Shown here: piece after piece, positions 19,981 to 29,609 of the stretch
Numbering within the stretch: the stretch's first letter is position 1
Layout: each line of letters starts with the position of its first letter
Source of the DNA: Candidatus Latescibacterota bacterium
Lineage (GTDB): Bacteria > Latescibacterota > UBA2968
DNA length: 64,000 nucleotides
Assembly: GCA_965204745.1 (NCBI GenBank)
Contig: OZ242010.1
Location: 1,056,001 to 1,120,000, forward strand
Direction of reading: 5' to 3'
The notes under the pieces: generated by a model
The model's input: only the letters and a program-made list of their open reading frames with translations
Told to the model about the DNA's origin: nothing
Databases searched by the model: none
Made by a program: the position numbers and the translations under genes

Positions 19981-20146
19981 GAGGCAGTCGGCAGCGGTCA
20001 GTGGCGCGGCGCGAGGGCATGTGGCATGGGGACCTATCTCCCGGCCCCTTTCCTACGAGGAAGGAAGAGGGAAGACGTAAGAGGGTCGCCCCGCCCGACA
20101 ACTCCAAAACTCGATGCACTTCGTTGGACTTGAACAGGAGCGTTTT

Positions 20147-20977
20147 ATGGCTTACGCATTTCAGCGCGGTAAAATGTATCGGATGCCCACGCACTTCGGC
20201 CCGTTGATGGGGCCACGACAGGGGCCGGATGGTCGGCGGTTTGAATGCGAGGACAATCCCAAAAACACCTCGATCTCGGTGTCGTTTCTCTCGAATGCGG
20301 CGCAACTCGAGGCCCTGTTGCCGGATTGTTTTGAACTCAACGGCAGGCCCATTGTCACGGTGTACGCCACTTATATGAAGGAGATCGAATGGTTGGCCGG
20401 GCGCGGTTACAATATTTTGGGGGTGACGTTTCCCGCGGTTTTTAAGGGGAAGGAGGATCAGGTGCGCGGGCCTTTTCTTTGTGTGTTGTGGGAAAATCTG
20501 TGTGACCCCATCATCACGGGCCGCGAGGAGTTGGGGTTCTCGAAAATCTATTGCGAACTGCCCGAACCCCGCATTACGCGCAACGAGGCGCAAGGCGTGG
20601 CCGGTTGGTTGGGGTTCAATTTTTTGGATATTTCAGTGGCGAATCTCGCGCCGCCATCCGGGAATCAGACCCCGGTAAAGGGGGCGAAAGTGGATGGCAC
20701 GCTGCACTACAAGTACATGCCCCGGACGGGCGAATGGGGCACGGCGGACATCGCGTATCCGGTGCTTACGCCGGCCGCGGGGGGATATCGGAAAGTGGAA
20801 GAACATTTGATCGGGGATGGGTGCGTCACCTGGAAGCGCGCACGATGGGAAGACTTGCCCACGATGTACAATATCGTCAACGCGCTCGCGGATTTGGAAG
20901 TGGTCGAGTATTTGGGCGGGTCGCTCACGCGCACGATAGGGGGCAAGGATTTGAGCGATCAGCGCATTCTGCGCTGA
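20147..20977 (+). CDS. Acetoacetate decarboxylase family protein
   Basis: WLAGRGYN, PIITGREELGFSK; AGGAG RBS. Confidence 0.82.
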   Translation: MAYAFQRGKMYRMPTHFGPLMGPRQGPDGRRFECEDNPKNTSISVSFLSNAAQLEALLPDCFELNGRPIVTVYATYMKEIEWLAGRGYNILGVTFPAVFKGKEDQVRGPFLCVLWENLCDPIITGREELGFSKIYCELPEPRITRNEAQGVAGWLGFNFLDISVANLAPPSGNQTPVKGAKVDGTLHYKYMPRTGEWGTADIAYPVLTPAAGGYRKVEEHLIGDGCVTWKRARWEDLPTMYNIVNALADLEVVEYLGGSLTRTIGGKDLSDQRILR

Positions 20978-21009
20978 CCACGCCCGTGCGAGGAGGGGTC
21001 ATACTCGCG

Positions 21010-21837
21010 CTAATGCACCATGATCGATCCGCCGGACGCGCTGATGGCTTGGCCGGTGATGTAGTCGCCATCCGGGGAGGCTAAGAATGCCGCCACATTT
21101 GCCACGTCTTCGGGTTGCCCGATGCGGCCGAGGGGCGTGTTTTGCACGGATCGCGCGATCATCTGCGCGCTGTATTCCTCGGTGGATGTGCCTTCGGGTT
21201 TCAAGCCGCTGGCAATGCCGTGCAGGCGTTCGGTTTCGGTTAGGCCCGGGCAGATCGCGTTGACTTGTATCCCGTAAGAGCCCATTTCCTGCGCGAGGCT
21301 TTGCGTGAATCCCACGACTGCGAATTTGGACGCGCAATAGGCCGCGAATCGGGGGATGCCGCGCAAGCCCGCGGTTGAGGCGATGTTGATGATTTTGCCG
21401 CCGTTACCCCGTTTGATCAGATGCCGCACCACAGCGCGGGAACACAAAAACGTGCCTTTGACATTCACGCCTTGAACCCGATCAAAAACGTCTTCGTCCA
21501 ATTCGGCGACTGGCACGCGGTCAGGGCCGGCGGCCGCGCCTGCGTTGTTGACCAGAATATCGACTTTGCCAAAATGCCGGATCGCGTCTCGCACCATGTG
21601 ATCGACTTGAGCCGCACAGGTCACGTCGGCTTCTGCGATGAGAACGCGCTGACCCAGTGCGCGGATTTCCGCAGCAACCGCGGGCAACCCTGCCCAATCG
21701 CCTCGGGCATTGGTGGTCAAATCGCTGATGGCGATATCCGCGCCCTCGCGGGCAAAGCGCGTCGCTATTGCGCGACCGATGCCGCGTTCCCCGCCCGCGC
21801 CGGTGACGAGGGCGACTTTGTTTTTGAGATTGGACAT
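21010..21837 (-). CDS. Short-chain dehydrogenase/reductase
   Basis: VTGAG..RGIG, NNAG, YCASK, PG. Confidence 0.92.
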   Translation of the reverse strand: MSNLKNKVALVTGAGGERGIGRAIATRFAREGADIAISDLTTNARGDWAGLPAVAAEIRALGQRVLIAEADVTCAAQVDHMVRDAIRHFGKVDILVNNAGAAAGPDRVPVAELDEDVFDRVQGVNVKGTFLCSRAVVRHLIKRGNGGKIINIASTAGLRGIPRFAAYCASKFAVVGFTQSLAQEMGSYGIQVNAICPGLTETERLHGIASGLKPEGTSTEEYSAQMIARSVQNTPLGRIGQPEDVANVAAFLASPDGDYITGQAISASGGSIMVH

Positions 21838-21914
21838 TCCGATCCCTTTCAAGTGAAACAATTTGGACTTTGGGACGCCTATTATATCGGGCGTAACTCG
21901 AAACGCAACAGCCG

Positions 21915-22781
21915 CTAGTCGCGGAGGACGGAGAGGAGAAATTGGCCGTAGCTGTTTTGCGACATGGTTTGCGCGAGTTGTTCGAGTTGCGCCGCGTCGA
22001 TGTAGCCCTTGCGATAGGCGATTTCCTCGAGGCACGCGATTTTGAGGCCCTGGCGTTCCTGGATGGCTTGGACAAAGCCCGTTGCTTGGTGGAGCGATTC
22101 AAAGGTGCCCGTGTCGAGCCAGCAATAGCCGCGACCGAGCAATTCGACTTTGAGCTGTCCGCGGTCAAGGTATTCGCGGTTCACGTCTGTGATTTCGTAC
22201 TCGCCGCGTGCCGATGGCGTGAGGTTCATCGCGATATCGACCACATGGCGGTCGTAGAAATACAGGCCGGGAACCGCGTATCTCGATTTGGGATGTTCGG
22301 GTTTTTCCTCGATGCCGACGACATTGCCCTCGTCGTCAAATTCGATGACGCCGTATCGCTGCGGGTCCGTGACAGCATAGCCAAAGATGAGGCCGCCCTC
22401 GGCGAGTTGGACCGCGCGTTGCAACACTTTGCCCAAGCCGTGCCCGTAAAAGATGTTGTCGCCAAAGATGAGGCACACCGGGTCCATGCCGATAAATTCG
22501 CGGCCGATGACAAAGGACTGGGCAATGCCTTCGGGACGGGGTTGTTCGGCGTAGGTGATGTTGAGGCCGACCCATGACCCGTCTTTGAGCAGGCGGCGGT
22601 ACAAGGGCAAGTCTTGCGGGGTTGAGATGAGCAGGATGTCGCGGATGCCGGCCAGCATGAGGACGGACAGGGGATAGTAGATCATGGGTTTGTCATAGAC
22701 GGGTTGGAGTTGCTTGCTGACCACGCGCGTGATGGGATAGAGGCGCGTGCCAGACCCGCCCGCGAGTAAGATGCCTTTCAT
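21915..22781 (-). CDS. rfbA: Glucose-1-phosphate thymidylyltransferase
   Basis: [43 protein letters not shown]. Confidence 0.96.
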   Translation of the reverse strand: MKGILLAGGSGTRLYPITRVVSKQLQPVYDKPMIYYPLSVLMLAGIRDILLISTPQDLPLYRRLLKDGSWVGLNITYAEQPRPEGIAQSFVIGREFIGMDPVCLIFGDNIFYGHGLGKVLQRAVQLAEGGLIFGYAVTDPQRYGVIEFDDEGNVVGIEEKPEHPKSRYAVPGLYFYDRHVVDIAMNLTPSARGEYEITDVNREYLDRGQLKVELLGRGYCWLDTGTFESLHQATGFVQAIQERQGLKIACLEEIAYRKGYIDAAQLEQLAQTMSQNSYGQFLLSVLRD

Positions 22782-22922
22782 GGATTTCTCCTTTGGACGA
22801 AGAGACGAATCAGCGAATCGCAGAGGCGGTGCCTCCGTGCCCGCCCATGGATGAACCGTTTGTTCTTGCGTTTCACAATATAACACCTGAATCGGGCTTT
22901 GGTTCGGATTTTGGAGGTGGCA

Positions 22923-23765
22923 ATGAGCGATAAAGGGTATGCGAATCCCGAGTTGTTGATTTCGCCGGAGGATCTGCATGCGTGCGATGCGGACATGTGC
23001 ATCGTGGATACGCGCCCGACCCATGCGTACGTTGCCGGGCATATTCCGGGGGCGATTCCTCTGGATCTGTACGGGATCAGTTTGAACGATACCCGAGCGC
23101 AGGCGTTTGAGGCGTTTATGTGGATGCTCGGTTATTTGTTCGGCAGCCGGGGGATTGGCACGGATAAGCCGGTGGTGTGGTGCGAAGAGGATTCCGGGAT
23201 GCGGGCCGCGCGTGGATTTTGGATCTGCGACTATCTGGGCCATCCGGACGTGCGCGTGCTCGACGGGGGATGCCGGGCATGGCGGGCTTTGGGATATGAC
23301 TGGACAACGGATTGCGCGGAGGTGGAACAGGCGGCGTTTGTCCCCGCTCCGGTGCCTGCACGTCACATGGGGGCAGATGCGCTCTATGGCCTTTTGGGAC
23401 GCGATGACGTGGTGCCGCTGGATACGCGGAGCAGCGATGAGTATTTCGGACGCAATGTGCGGGCCGCACGCGGGGGCGCGATTCCGGGCGCGGTGCATAT
23501 CGAATATGTGAACAATTTGGACGAGACGGGCGCGTTCAAGCCGGCAGATGAATTGCGCGCGATGTACGAGGCCGCGGGGATTTCGGCGGAGAAGGAAATC
23601 GTGCCTTACTGACAGGGCGGCTACCGCTCTTCCCACACGTACCTGGCATTGCGCTTGCTCGGTTACGAGAAGGTGCGAAATTATATCGGGTCGTGGAAAG
23701 AGTGGGGAGACCGGCTGGATTTGCCGGTCGAGATGCCGGAGGCAGTGGATAGTGGCAAGAGGTGA
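22923..23765 (+). CDS. Tandem-domain rhodanese/sulfurtransferase with in-frame UGA (probable selenocysteine) at 23610-23612
   Basis: [14 protein letters not shown]; reading past the TGA gives [36 protein letters not shown], the complete family C-terminus. Confidence 0.85.
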
Positions 23766-23779
23766 GAGGCAAGAGGTGA

Positions 23780-23981
23780 GGGAGCGCATGGCTTTCTTAA
23801 AGGTTTGCATCCATGGCTGTTTTGATGGCTTTGGGCGAATGGATCACGCCATGAAAAACCAACCCCACCTCGCGCAATCCCCTCGCAAAACCGCTCACAG
23901 TTCCCCCTTGTATCTTCCTCGCAGGCACAGGCGTAGCCTACAACGAAGCGTAGCGAGTAACGGGGCTAGGGGGGTAGGTCC
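23780..23981 (-). repeat. MITE/REPIN-like element copy
   Basis: Reverse-complement similarity to 14394-14570. Confidence 0.7.
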
Positions 23982-23990
23982 AAAATTTCC

Positions 23991-24020
23991 TTGACAAGAA
24001 ACGACGTGGTACCTTAGCTT
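23991..24020 (+). promoter_or_regulatory. Sigma70-type promoter of the second surface-protein gene
   Basis: TTGACA-N18-TAGCTT, homologous to 14354-14383. Confidence 0.5.
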
Positions 24021-24241
24021 GTCTCCACCCTCGTTATTTATTCCCCGCAGACAAAATCCATGCCTGCACAACTCATTCTATTTTTCAGGCGGGATCACAT
24101 GTTGACTGCCATTTTTCGACGTTGTTCAAACCTGTTTGGAGGCCACCGTTCCCCTGCGAAAAGTGGGGTTCATGGCTCCCATTTTCGTCACAGTCTGTTA
24201 GGCTGATCAGTACAGTGTACTTCCCTCGAGAGGAGTCTGAT

Positions 24242-27200
24242 ATGACGCCCCGCTACACTCATTTGTTGGCCCTGGTCGCGCTGGGCATGCTGATGGCATC
24301 AGGGCCGGCTTTTGCCCAAACCGACTACGATACGGACAACGACAACCTGATTGACATCACCTCCTTGTTGCAACTCAACGCCATTCGCTATGACCTCAAC
24401 GGCGATGGTGCCGTAGCCAATACGGATACCATGAACTACAACGCCGCCTTTCCCAACGCCATGGCGAGCATGGGTTGCGCCGCTACCTGCACCGGCTACG
24501 AACTGATGAGCAACTTAGACTTCGACACGAACGGTGACGATACCATCACTGTCGCCGACGACTACCCCAACTGGGATCCCATCGTCGACCCCGGCAACGA
24601 CAACAGCGGCTACACCGCCATCTTTGAAGGCAACGGCCACACCATCTCCCGCCTGACCATTACCGACCGGAACAGCCGGGACGTAGGGCTGTTCGATGAG
24701 CTGGAGCCCACCGGCATTATCCGCAATGTAGGGATCATCGACGCCAATATCCGAAGCGGCGGCGCGCTCGACGGATACGCCCCCCTGGTAGGCTACAACG
24801 CACGCGGCACCATAATCGCCAGCTACGCCCGGGGCGGCTCGGTCACCGCCACCATGCAAAGCTCCAGCATCGGCGGACTGACCGGCCGCAATTCAGGCAG
24901 CATCATCGCCAGCTACTCCACCGTCACGGTCATCGGCGGCAACCATACCAGGGTCAACGCCGGCGGGCTGACCGGCACCCTGGAAACCTTTCTCAGCAAC
25001 ATCGGCCGGATCACCGCCAGCTATGCCACCGGCGCCGTGTCCGCCACCGGCAATAACGCCACCCGCGGCGGTTTGGTGGGAAATTCCCCCAGCAGTGCCA
25101 GCGTAATTGCCAGCAGCTATTGCACCTCCGGGAGCTGTATCGGCTCCAACGTCGGCGGCAGCCTTGACGCCACCACCCAAACCGCCACCGCTTTGCAAAC
25201 CCCCACCGCCTACACCGGCATCTACGCCAACTGGAACATCGACCTGAACGATGATCGCGTCCCCGACAACCCGTGGAACTTTGGCACTGCCAGCCAGCAC
25301 CCAACCCTGAACACGCCCAGCCAGCGGGTAGCTGACCACGACAGCGACAACGACGGCCTAATTGACGTGACTTCCCTGTTGCAGTTGAACGCCATCCGCT
25401 ACGACTTGAACGGCGATGGCTTGCCCACCGGCACCAACGCCGACACCATCGCCTATGCCAGTGCCTTTCCCGGCGGCGACATAACCGCCAGTAGCGGCCG
25501 GATGGGTTGCCCGTCCGCCGGCTGTAATGGCTACGAACTGCTCAACAACTTGGACTTTGACGAGAACAACGATGGCGCAATCACCTCAGCAGACGCCACC
25601 TACTGGAACAGCGGCGCAGGCTGGCTGCCCATCGGCACAAACGCCAACCGATACGCAGGCAATTTCAAGGGCAACGGCTATACCATCAACAACCTGTTCA
25701 TCAACCGCGGCTCCACCCACCTAAACGCGCTGTTCTCCGCAATCACCGGCCGCGTCGAAACCCTCGGCGTAACCAACGCCACTGTAACGGGGAATCAATA
25801 TACCGGCATTCTGGTAGCCGTCAATGCCGGCACAATCGTCGCCTGTTACACCAGCGGCGCGGTAAGCGGCAGTGCCGCTTTTAGCGGCGGACTGATCGCC
25901 TACCTGGATGGAACTCTCACCACAAGCTACTCCACTGCATCCGTCAGCGGCGCCAACCGAGTCGGCGGCCTGGTAGGTGCCATAAACAGCGGCTCTCTAG
26001 CAAACTCATACTCCACCGGCAACGTCAGTGCCACTTTTAGCGGCGTCGGTGGGCTATTAGGCCATCTTATCGCGGGCACCGTATCCAACAACTTCTGGGA
26101 CACCTCAACCAGCAACCAGGCCACCAGTGTCGGCGGTAGCGGTGTTGTTGGCAAGACGACTAGCGATCTCCAGAGCCCCACTACCTACGGTGCCACCACC
26201 AGCGACACCTACTACGGCTGGAACGCCAACCTCGACGGACAAGCCGGCAATGACGATCCGTGGACCTTTGGCACGGCGTATCAGTATCCCGTATTGAAAT
26301 ATGACGGCATGGACACCGCGGTACAGTTCGCTGCACAGCCCGTGCGTTATGACACGGATAGCGATGGCCTCATCGAGGTTTCGAGCTTGGCACAACTCAA
26401 TGCCATGCGCTGGGATCTCAATGGCGATGGTGCCATAGACGCAAGTGCCTCAACCAGCGATACGACCGCCTACAACACCGCATTCCCCCGCCGCGACTCG
26501 CGCTCTGGTAGCCGGATGGGTTGCCCTTCCGCCTGCACCGGCTACGAACTGCTCAACGACCTGGACTTTGACGAGAACAACGATGGCGCAATCACCTCAG
26601 CAGACGCCACCTACTGGAACAGCGGCAACGGCTGGCAACCAATCGGCACACAAAGCTCCGCATACGCCACCACTTTCAAGGGCAACGGCCACATTATCAA
26701 CAACCTGTTCATCAGCCGAGGCTCCATAAGCTACGTCGGGCTGTTCGGCAACAATGGCACCGGCGGCCGCATCGAAACGCTCGGCGTAACCAACGCCAAA
26801 GTCACGGGATCGCACGGTAGCGGCATCCTAGCCGGAGGCAACGAGGGCGGCACAGTCGTCGTCTGTTTCAGCACCGGATCCGTCTCCGGCAACCAATACA
26901 CCGGCGGATTAGTAGGCTACTCCACCACCGGCACCATCTCCACGAGCTACTCCACTGCATCCGTCAGCGGATCTTCAAGCGTCGGCGGGCTGGTGGGTTA
27001 TCACGCTGGCTCCGTAACAGACACCTATTCCATCGGCAGGGTCTCCGGTAGCGGAGCCAATGTAAGCGGGCTAGTAGGATCCAAACTTAACGCGGCCAGC
27101 ACCTCCCGAAGCTTTTGGGACACCCAAACCAGCAACCGGAGCAACAGCAACGGCGGCGGCACGGGCAAGACCACCAGCGAGCTCCAGAGCCAGACCACCT

Positions 27201-28747
27201 ACGGTGCCACCAGTAGCGATCCTTACTTCAACTGGAACGTCAACCTCGACGGACAACCCGGCAACGACGATCCGTGGACCTTCGGCGCGATGGATCAGTA
27301 TCCGGTCTTGAAGTATGCCGGCTTTGACACCACCGCGCAATTTAAGCTCCAACCCGCGGTAGTGACGTTGGCACTGACACCCTCGTCGATCTCGGAAAAT
27401 GGCGGGATGAGCACCGTGACCGCGACGCTGGCACACCCATTGAGCGCGGCGACGACAATCACGGTGCGTCCTGTGGCGGGTGCTTACACGGTGGCGGCGG
27501 ATTCGACGATCACCATCGCGGCCGGGAGCACGGCGAACGCGTCGGACACGGTGGTCATCACAGCGGTGGACAATACCCAAGACGCGCCTAATCGCGACGT
27601 GGACATGTCCGTTGTGGCAGACAACGCCCAGGGCAGTGTGGTCCGCCCGACCGAGATAACGATCACAGATGATGACGCGCCGCCGAGGCTCTCGATTAGT
27701 TCGCCGAGTGCGGTTGAGGGCACTGCCCTGACGTTCACCGTTAGATTGAATGCGGTGAGCGGCAAGGAGGTGACGGTGGCGTATGCAGACGCGGGCACAG
27801 GTAGCGCGACTTCGGGGACGGACTACACCGCGCTTACCGCAGGGACCCTGACCTTCGCGGCGGGCACGACCACGACCAGCCAGACTATCGCTGTTTCTGT
27901 GACCGGCGACTCGGATGATGAGCCGAACGAGACCGTGATCGTGACTTTGAGCAACGCGGTCAATGCCACCTTTGATGGCGGGGCGACGAGCCTCACCGGC
28001 ACCGGTACGATTATCGATGACGATGGCATGCCTGCGCTGAGTATCGGTTCGCCAAGCGTGATTGAAGGCGCGACCGGCGCGACCCTAACCTTTCGGGTGT
28101 ACCTACGCCCGATGCACACGGCACCAGTGACGGTGGCGTATGCAGACGCGGGCACGGGCACCGCGACTTCGGGGACCGATTACACCGCGCTCACCGCAGG
28201 GACCCTGACCTTCGCGATGGGCGATACCATCCAGACCATCCCTGTTTCTGTGACCGACGACTCGAATGATGAGCAGAACGAGACCGTGATCGTCGAGTTG
28301 AGCAGTGCGACCAATGCGACCATAAGCACGGCGCAAGGCACAGGGACGATTATCGATGACGAAACCCCGAGTGCCAACTTGGATGTGGATGGCGATGGCC
28401 GGGTGAGATTGTTCTCGGATATAATCCTGGTCATTCGATACGTCCTCTTCTTCCGGGAAGAGGCCCTCCTCAGAGGGAACGTCATCGAGCCAACTGCCAC
28501 GCGCAAGACCGCTCAAGAAATTGAACCCTACCTCGACACGTTGGTCAATCAGAACATTCTCGATGTGGATGGCGATGGCGATGTGAGGCTGTTCTCGGAT
28601 ATAATCCTGATCATTCGATATGTCCTCTTCTTCCGGAACGAGGCCCTCGTCAGAGGGAACGTCATCGAGCAAAATGCTACGCGCACGACCGCTCAAGCCA
28701 TTGAACCCTACATCCGAAGCCTCTATCCCGCCTCCCACTTCCAATGA
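24242..28747 (+). CDS. Large secreted/surface protein: 3 GLUG-like modules, 1 Ig-like repeat, 2 Calx-beta, 2 dockerin-like repeats
   Basis: Same signal peptide and C-terminal third as 10630..14082; three D.D.D.D.LI.....L.QLNA.R.DLNGDG modules; GAGGAG RBS. Confidence 0.9.
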   Translation: MTPRYTHLLALVALGMLMASGPAFAQTDYDTDNDNLIDITSLLQLNAIRYDLNGDGAVANTDTMNYNAAFPNAMASMGCAATCTGYELMSNLDFDTNGDDTITVADDYPNWDPIVDPGNDNSGYTAIFEGNGHTISRLTITDRNSRDVGLFDELEPTGIIRNVGIIDANIRSGGALDGYAPLVGYNARGTIIASYARGGSVTATMQSSSIGGLTGRNSGSIIASYSTVTVIGGNHTRVNAGGLTGTLETFLSNIGRITASYATGAVSATGNNATRGGLVGNSPSSASVIASSYCTSGSCIGSNVGGSLDATTQTATALQTPTAYTGIYANWNIDLNDDRVPDNPWNFGTASQHPTLNTPSQRVADHDSDNDGLIDVTSLLQLNAIRYDLNGDGLPTGTNADTIAYASAFPGGDITASSGRMGCPSAGCNGYELLNNLDFDENNDGAITSADATYWNSGAGWLPIGTNANRYAGNFKGNGYTINNLFINRGSTHLNALFSAITGRVETLGVTNATVTGNQYTGILVAVNAGTIVACYTSGAVSGSAAFSGGLIAYLDGTLTTSYSTASVSGANRVGGLVGAINSGSLANSYSTGNVSATFSGVGGLLGHLIAGTVSNNFWDTSTSNQATSVGGSGVVGKTTSDLQSPTTYGATTSDTYYGWNANLDGQAGNDDPWTFGTAYQYPVLKYDGMDTAVQFAAQPVRYDTDSDGLIEVSSLAQLNAMRWDLNGDGAIDASASTSDTTAYNTAFPRRDSRSGSRMGCPSACTGYELLNDLDFDENNDGAITSADATYWNSGNGWQPIGTQSSAYATTFKGNGHIINNLFISRGSISYVGLFGNNGTGGRIETLGVTNAKVTGSHGSGILAGGNEGGTVVVCFSTGSVSGNQYTGGLVGYSTTGTISTSYSTASVSGSSSVGGLVGYHAGSVTDTYSIGRVSGSGANVSGLVGSKLNAASTSRSFWDTQTSNRSNSNGGGTGKTTSELQSQTTYGATSSDPYFNWNVNLDGQPGNDDPWTFGAMDQYPVLKYAGFDTTAQFKLQPAVVTLALTPSSISENGGMSTVTATLAHPLSAATTITVRPVAGAYTVAADSTITIAAGSTANASDTVVITAVDNTQDAPNRDVDMSVVADNAQGSVVRPTEITITDDDAPPRLSISSPSAVEGTALTFTVRLNAVSGKEVTVAYADAGTGSATSGTDYTALTAGTLTFAAGTTTTSQTIAVSVTGDSDDEPNETVIVTLSNAVNATFDGGATSLTGTGTIIDDDGMPALSIGSPSVIEGATGATLTFRVYLRPMHTAPVTVAYADAGTGTATSGTDYTALTAGTLTFAMGDTIQTIPVSVTDDSNDEQNETVIVELSSATNATISTAQGTGTIIDDETPSANLDVDGDGRVRLFSDIILVIRYVLFFREEALLRGNVIEPTATRKTAQEIEPYLDTLVNQNILDVDGDGDVRLFSDIILIIRYVLFFRNEALVRGNVIEQNATRTTAQAIEPYIRSLYPASHFQ

Positions 28748-28938
28748 AAGCCTGTTCCCTGACCGCCACAGATGAAGATGGCGATGGCGATGTGAATTTC
28801 GCCGACTTCTTGACCTTTGCGGATAAGTTTGGATCGCGGCTCGGTCAGGAGCGATATGACCCCCGATGCGATGGCGATGGTCAAATTGACTCTGCCGATT
28901 TCTTCATCTTCGCCGATAACTTTGGTTCGACAGGCTGA
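28744..28938 (+). CDS. 64-aa dockerin/EF-hand-like mini-protein, copy 2
   Basis: ATGA overlap with the large gene; DEDGDGDVNFADF and DGDGQIDSADF motifs. Confidence 0.6.
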   Translation: MKACSLTATDEDGDGDVNFADFLTFADKFGSRLGQERYDPRCDGDGQIDSADFFIFADNFGSTG

Positions 28939-28960
28939 CAAATGCGAAAGACGTGAAAGG

Positions 28961-29005
28961 GAAAAGTAAAGCCCGGGTTCCCAGTGAACTCGGGCTTTAC
29001 TTTTT
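28961..29005 (+). terminator. Intrinsic terminator
   Basis: AAAAGTAAAGCCCGGGTTC-loop-GAACTCGGGCTTTACTTTTT. Confidence 0.8.
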
Positions 29006-29007
29006 GG

Positions 29008-29545
29008 GACCTACCCCCTGGCCCCCGTTACTCGCTACGCTCCGTTGTAGGCTACGCCTGTGCCTGCGAGGAAGGGGGGAACGGTGAGCGGTTTTGCGAG
29101 GGGAATGGCGATGGGTCTTGCGAGGGATTTGCGCGGGGGGAGAGTTGGATTTCTATGGCGTGATCCATTCGCCCAAAGCCATCAGAATAGCCAGGGATGC
29201 AACCCTTCAAGAAAGCCATGCGCTCCCCCTTTCCTTGTAGGAAAGGGGGCCGGGGGGATAGGGCTATGGCGGTAGGGCGGAGGGAGTAATCCGCGTAATC
29301 CCCTAATCCGTTTAATCCGCGATTCAGACACGGATGGGCAGATGGACAGGGTTGCGGACTAACCGCTGAGAACTTATTATATACAAGGACAGACACAGGG
29401 GCCTGTCCCTACGGGTGATGGTGATAGGGCGGGGGATGCGAAAGACACTGCGGAGTGGGAACGATGAAGCGGTGGTGGGGATGTGTGGGGTAATCCGCGT
29501 AATCCCCTAATCCGTTTAATCCGCGATTCAGACACGGATGGGCGG
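29008..29545 (+). repeat. Cluster of MITE/REPIN-like element, two AATCCG units and a GTAG-REP
   Basis: Homologous to 14394-14692; AATCCGCGTAATCCCCTAATCCGTTTAATCCGCGATTCAGAC at ~29288 and ~29492; REP at 29387-29412. Confidence 0.75.
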
Positions 29546-29609
29546 AGCGGCCGGGCACGCACGGGTTATCCGTATTTCGTATTATTCACCCCACGCGAAA
29601 GGTCGTGCG

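Noticed and set aside
22782-23810. N-terminal extension making rfbA 631 aa
   Set aside because: Antisense shadow of the sulfurtransferase; the real start with RBS is at 22781
10630-28747. Diversity-generating retroelement or shufflon for the surface proteins
   Set aside because: No reverse transcriptase or recombinase in the window, and no adenine-specific TR/VR pair was noticed
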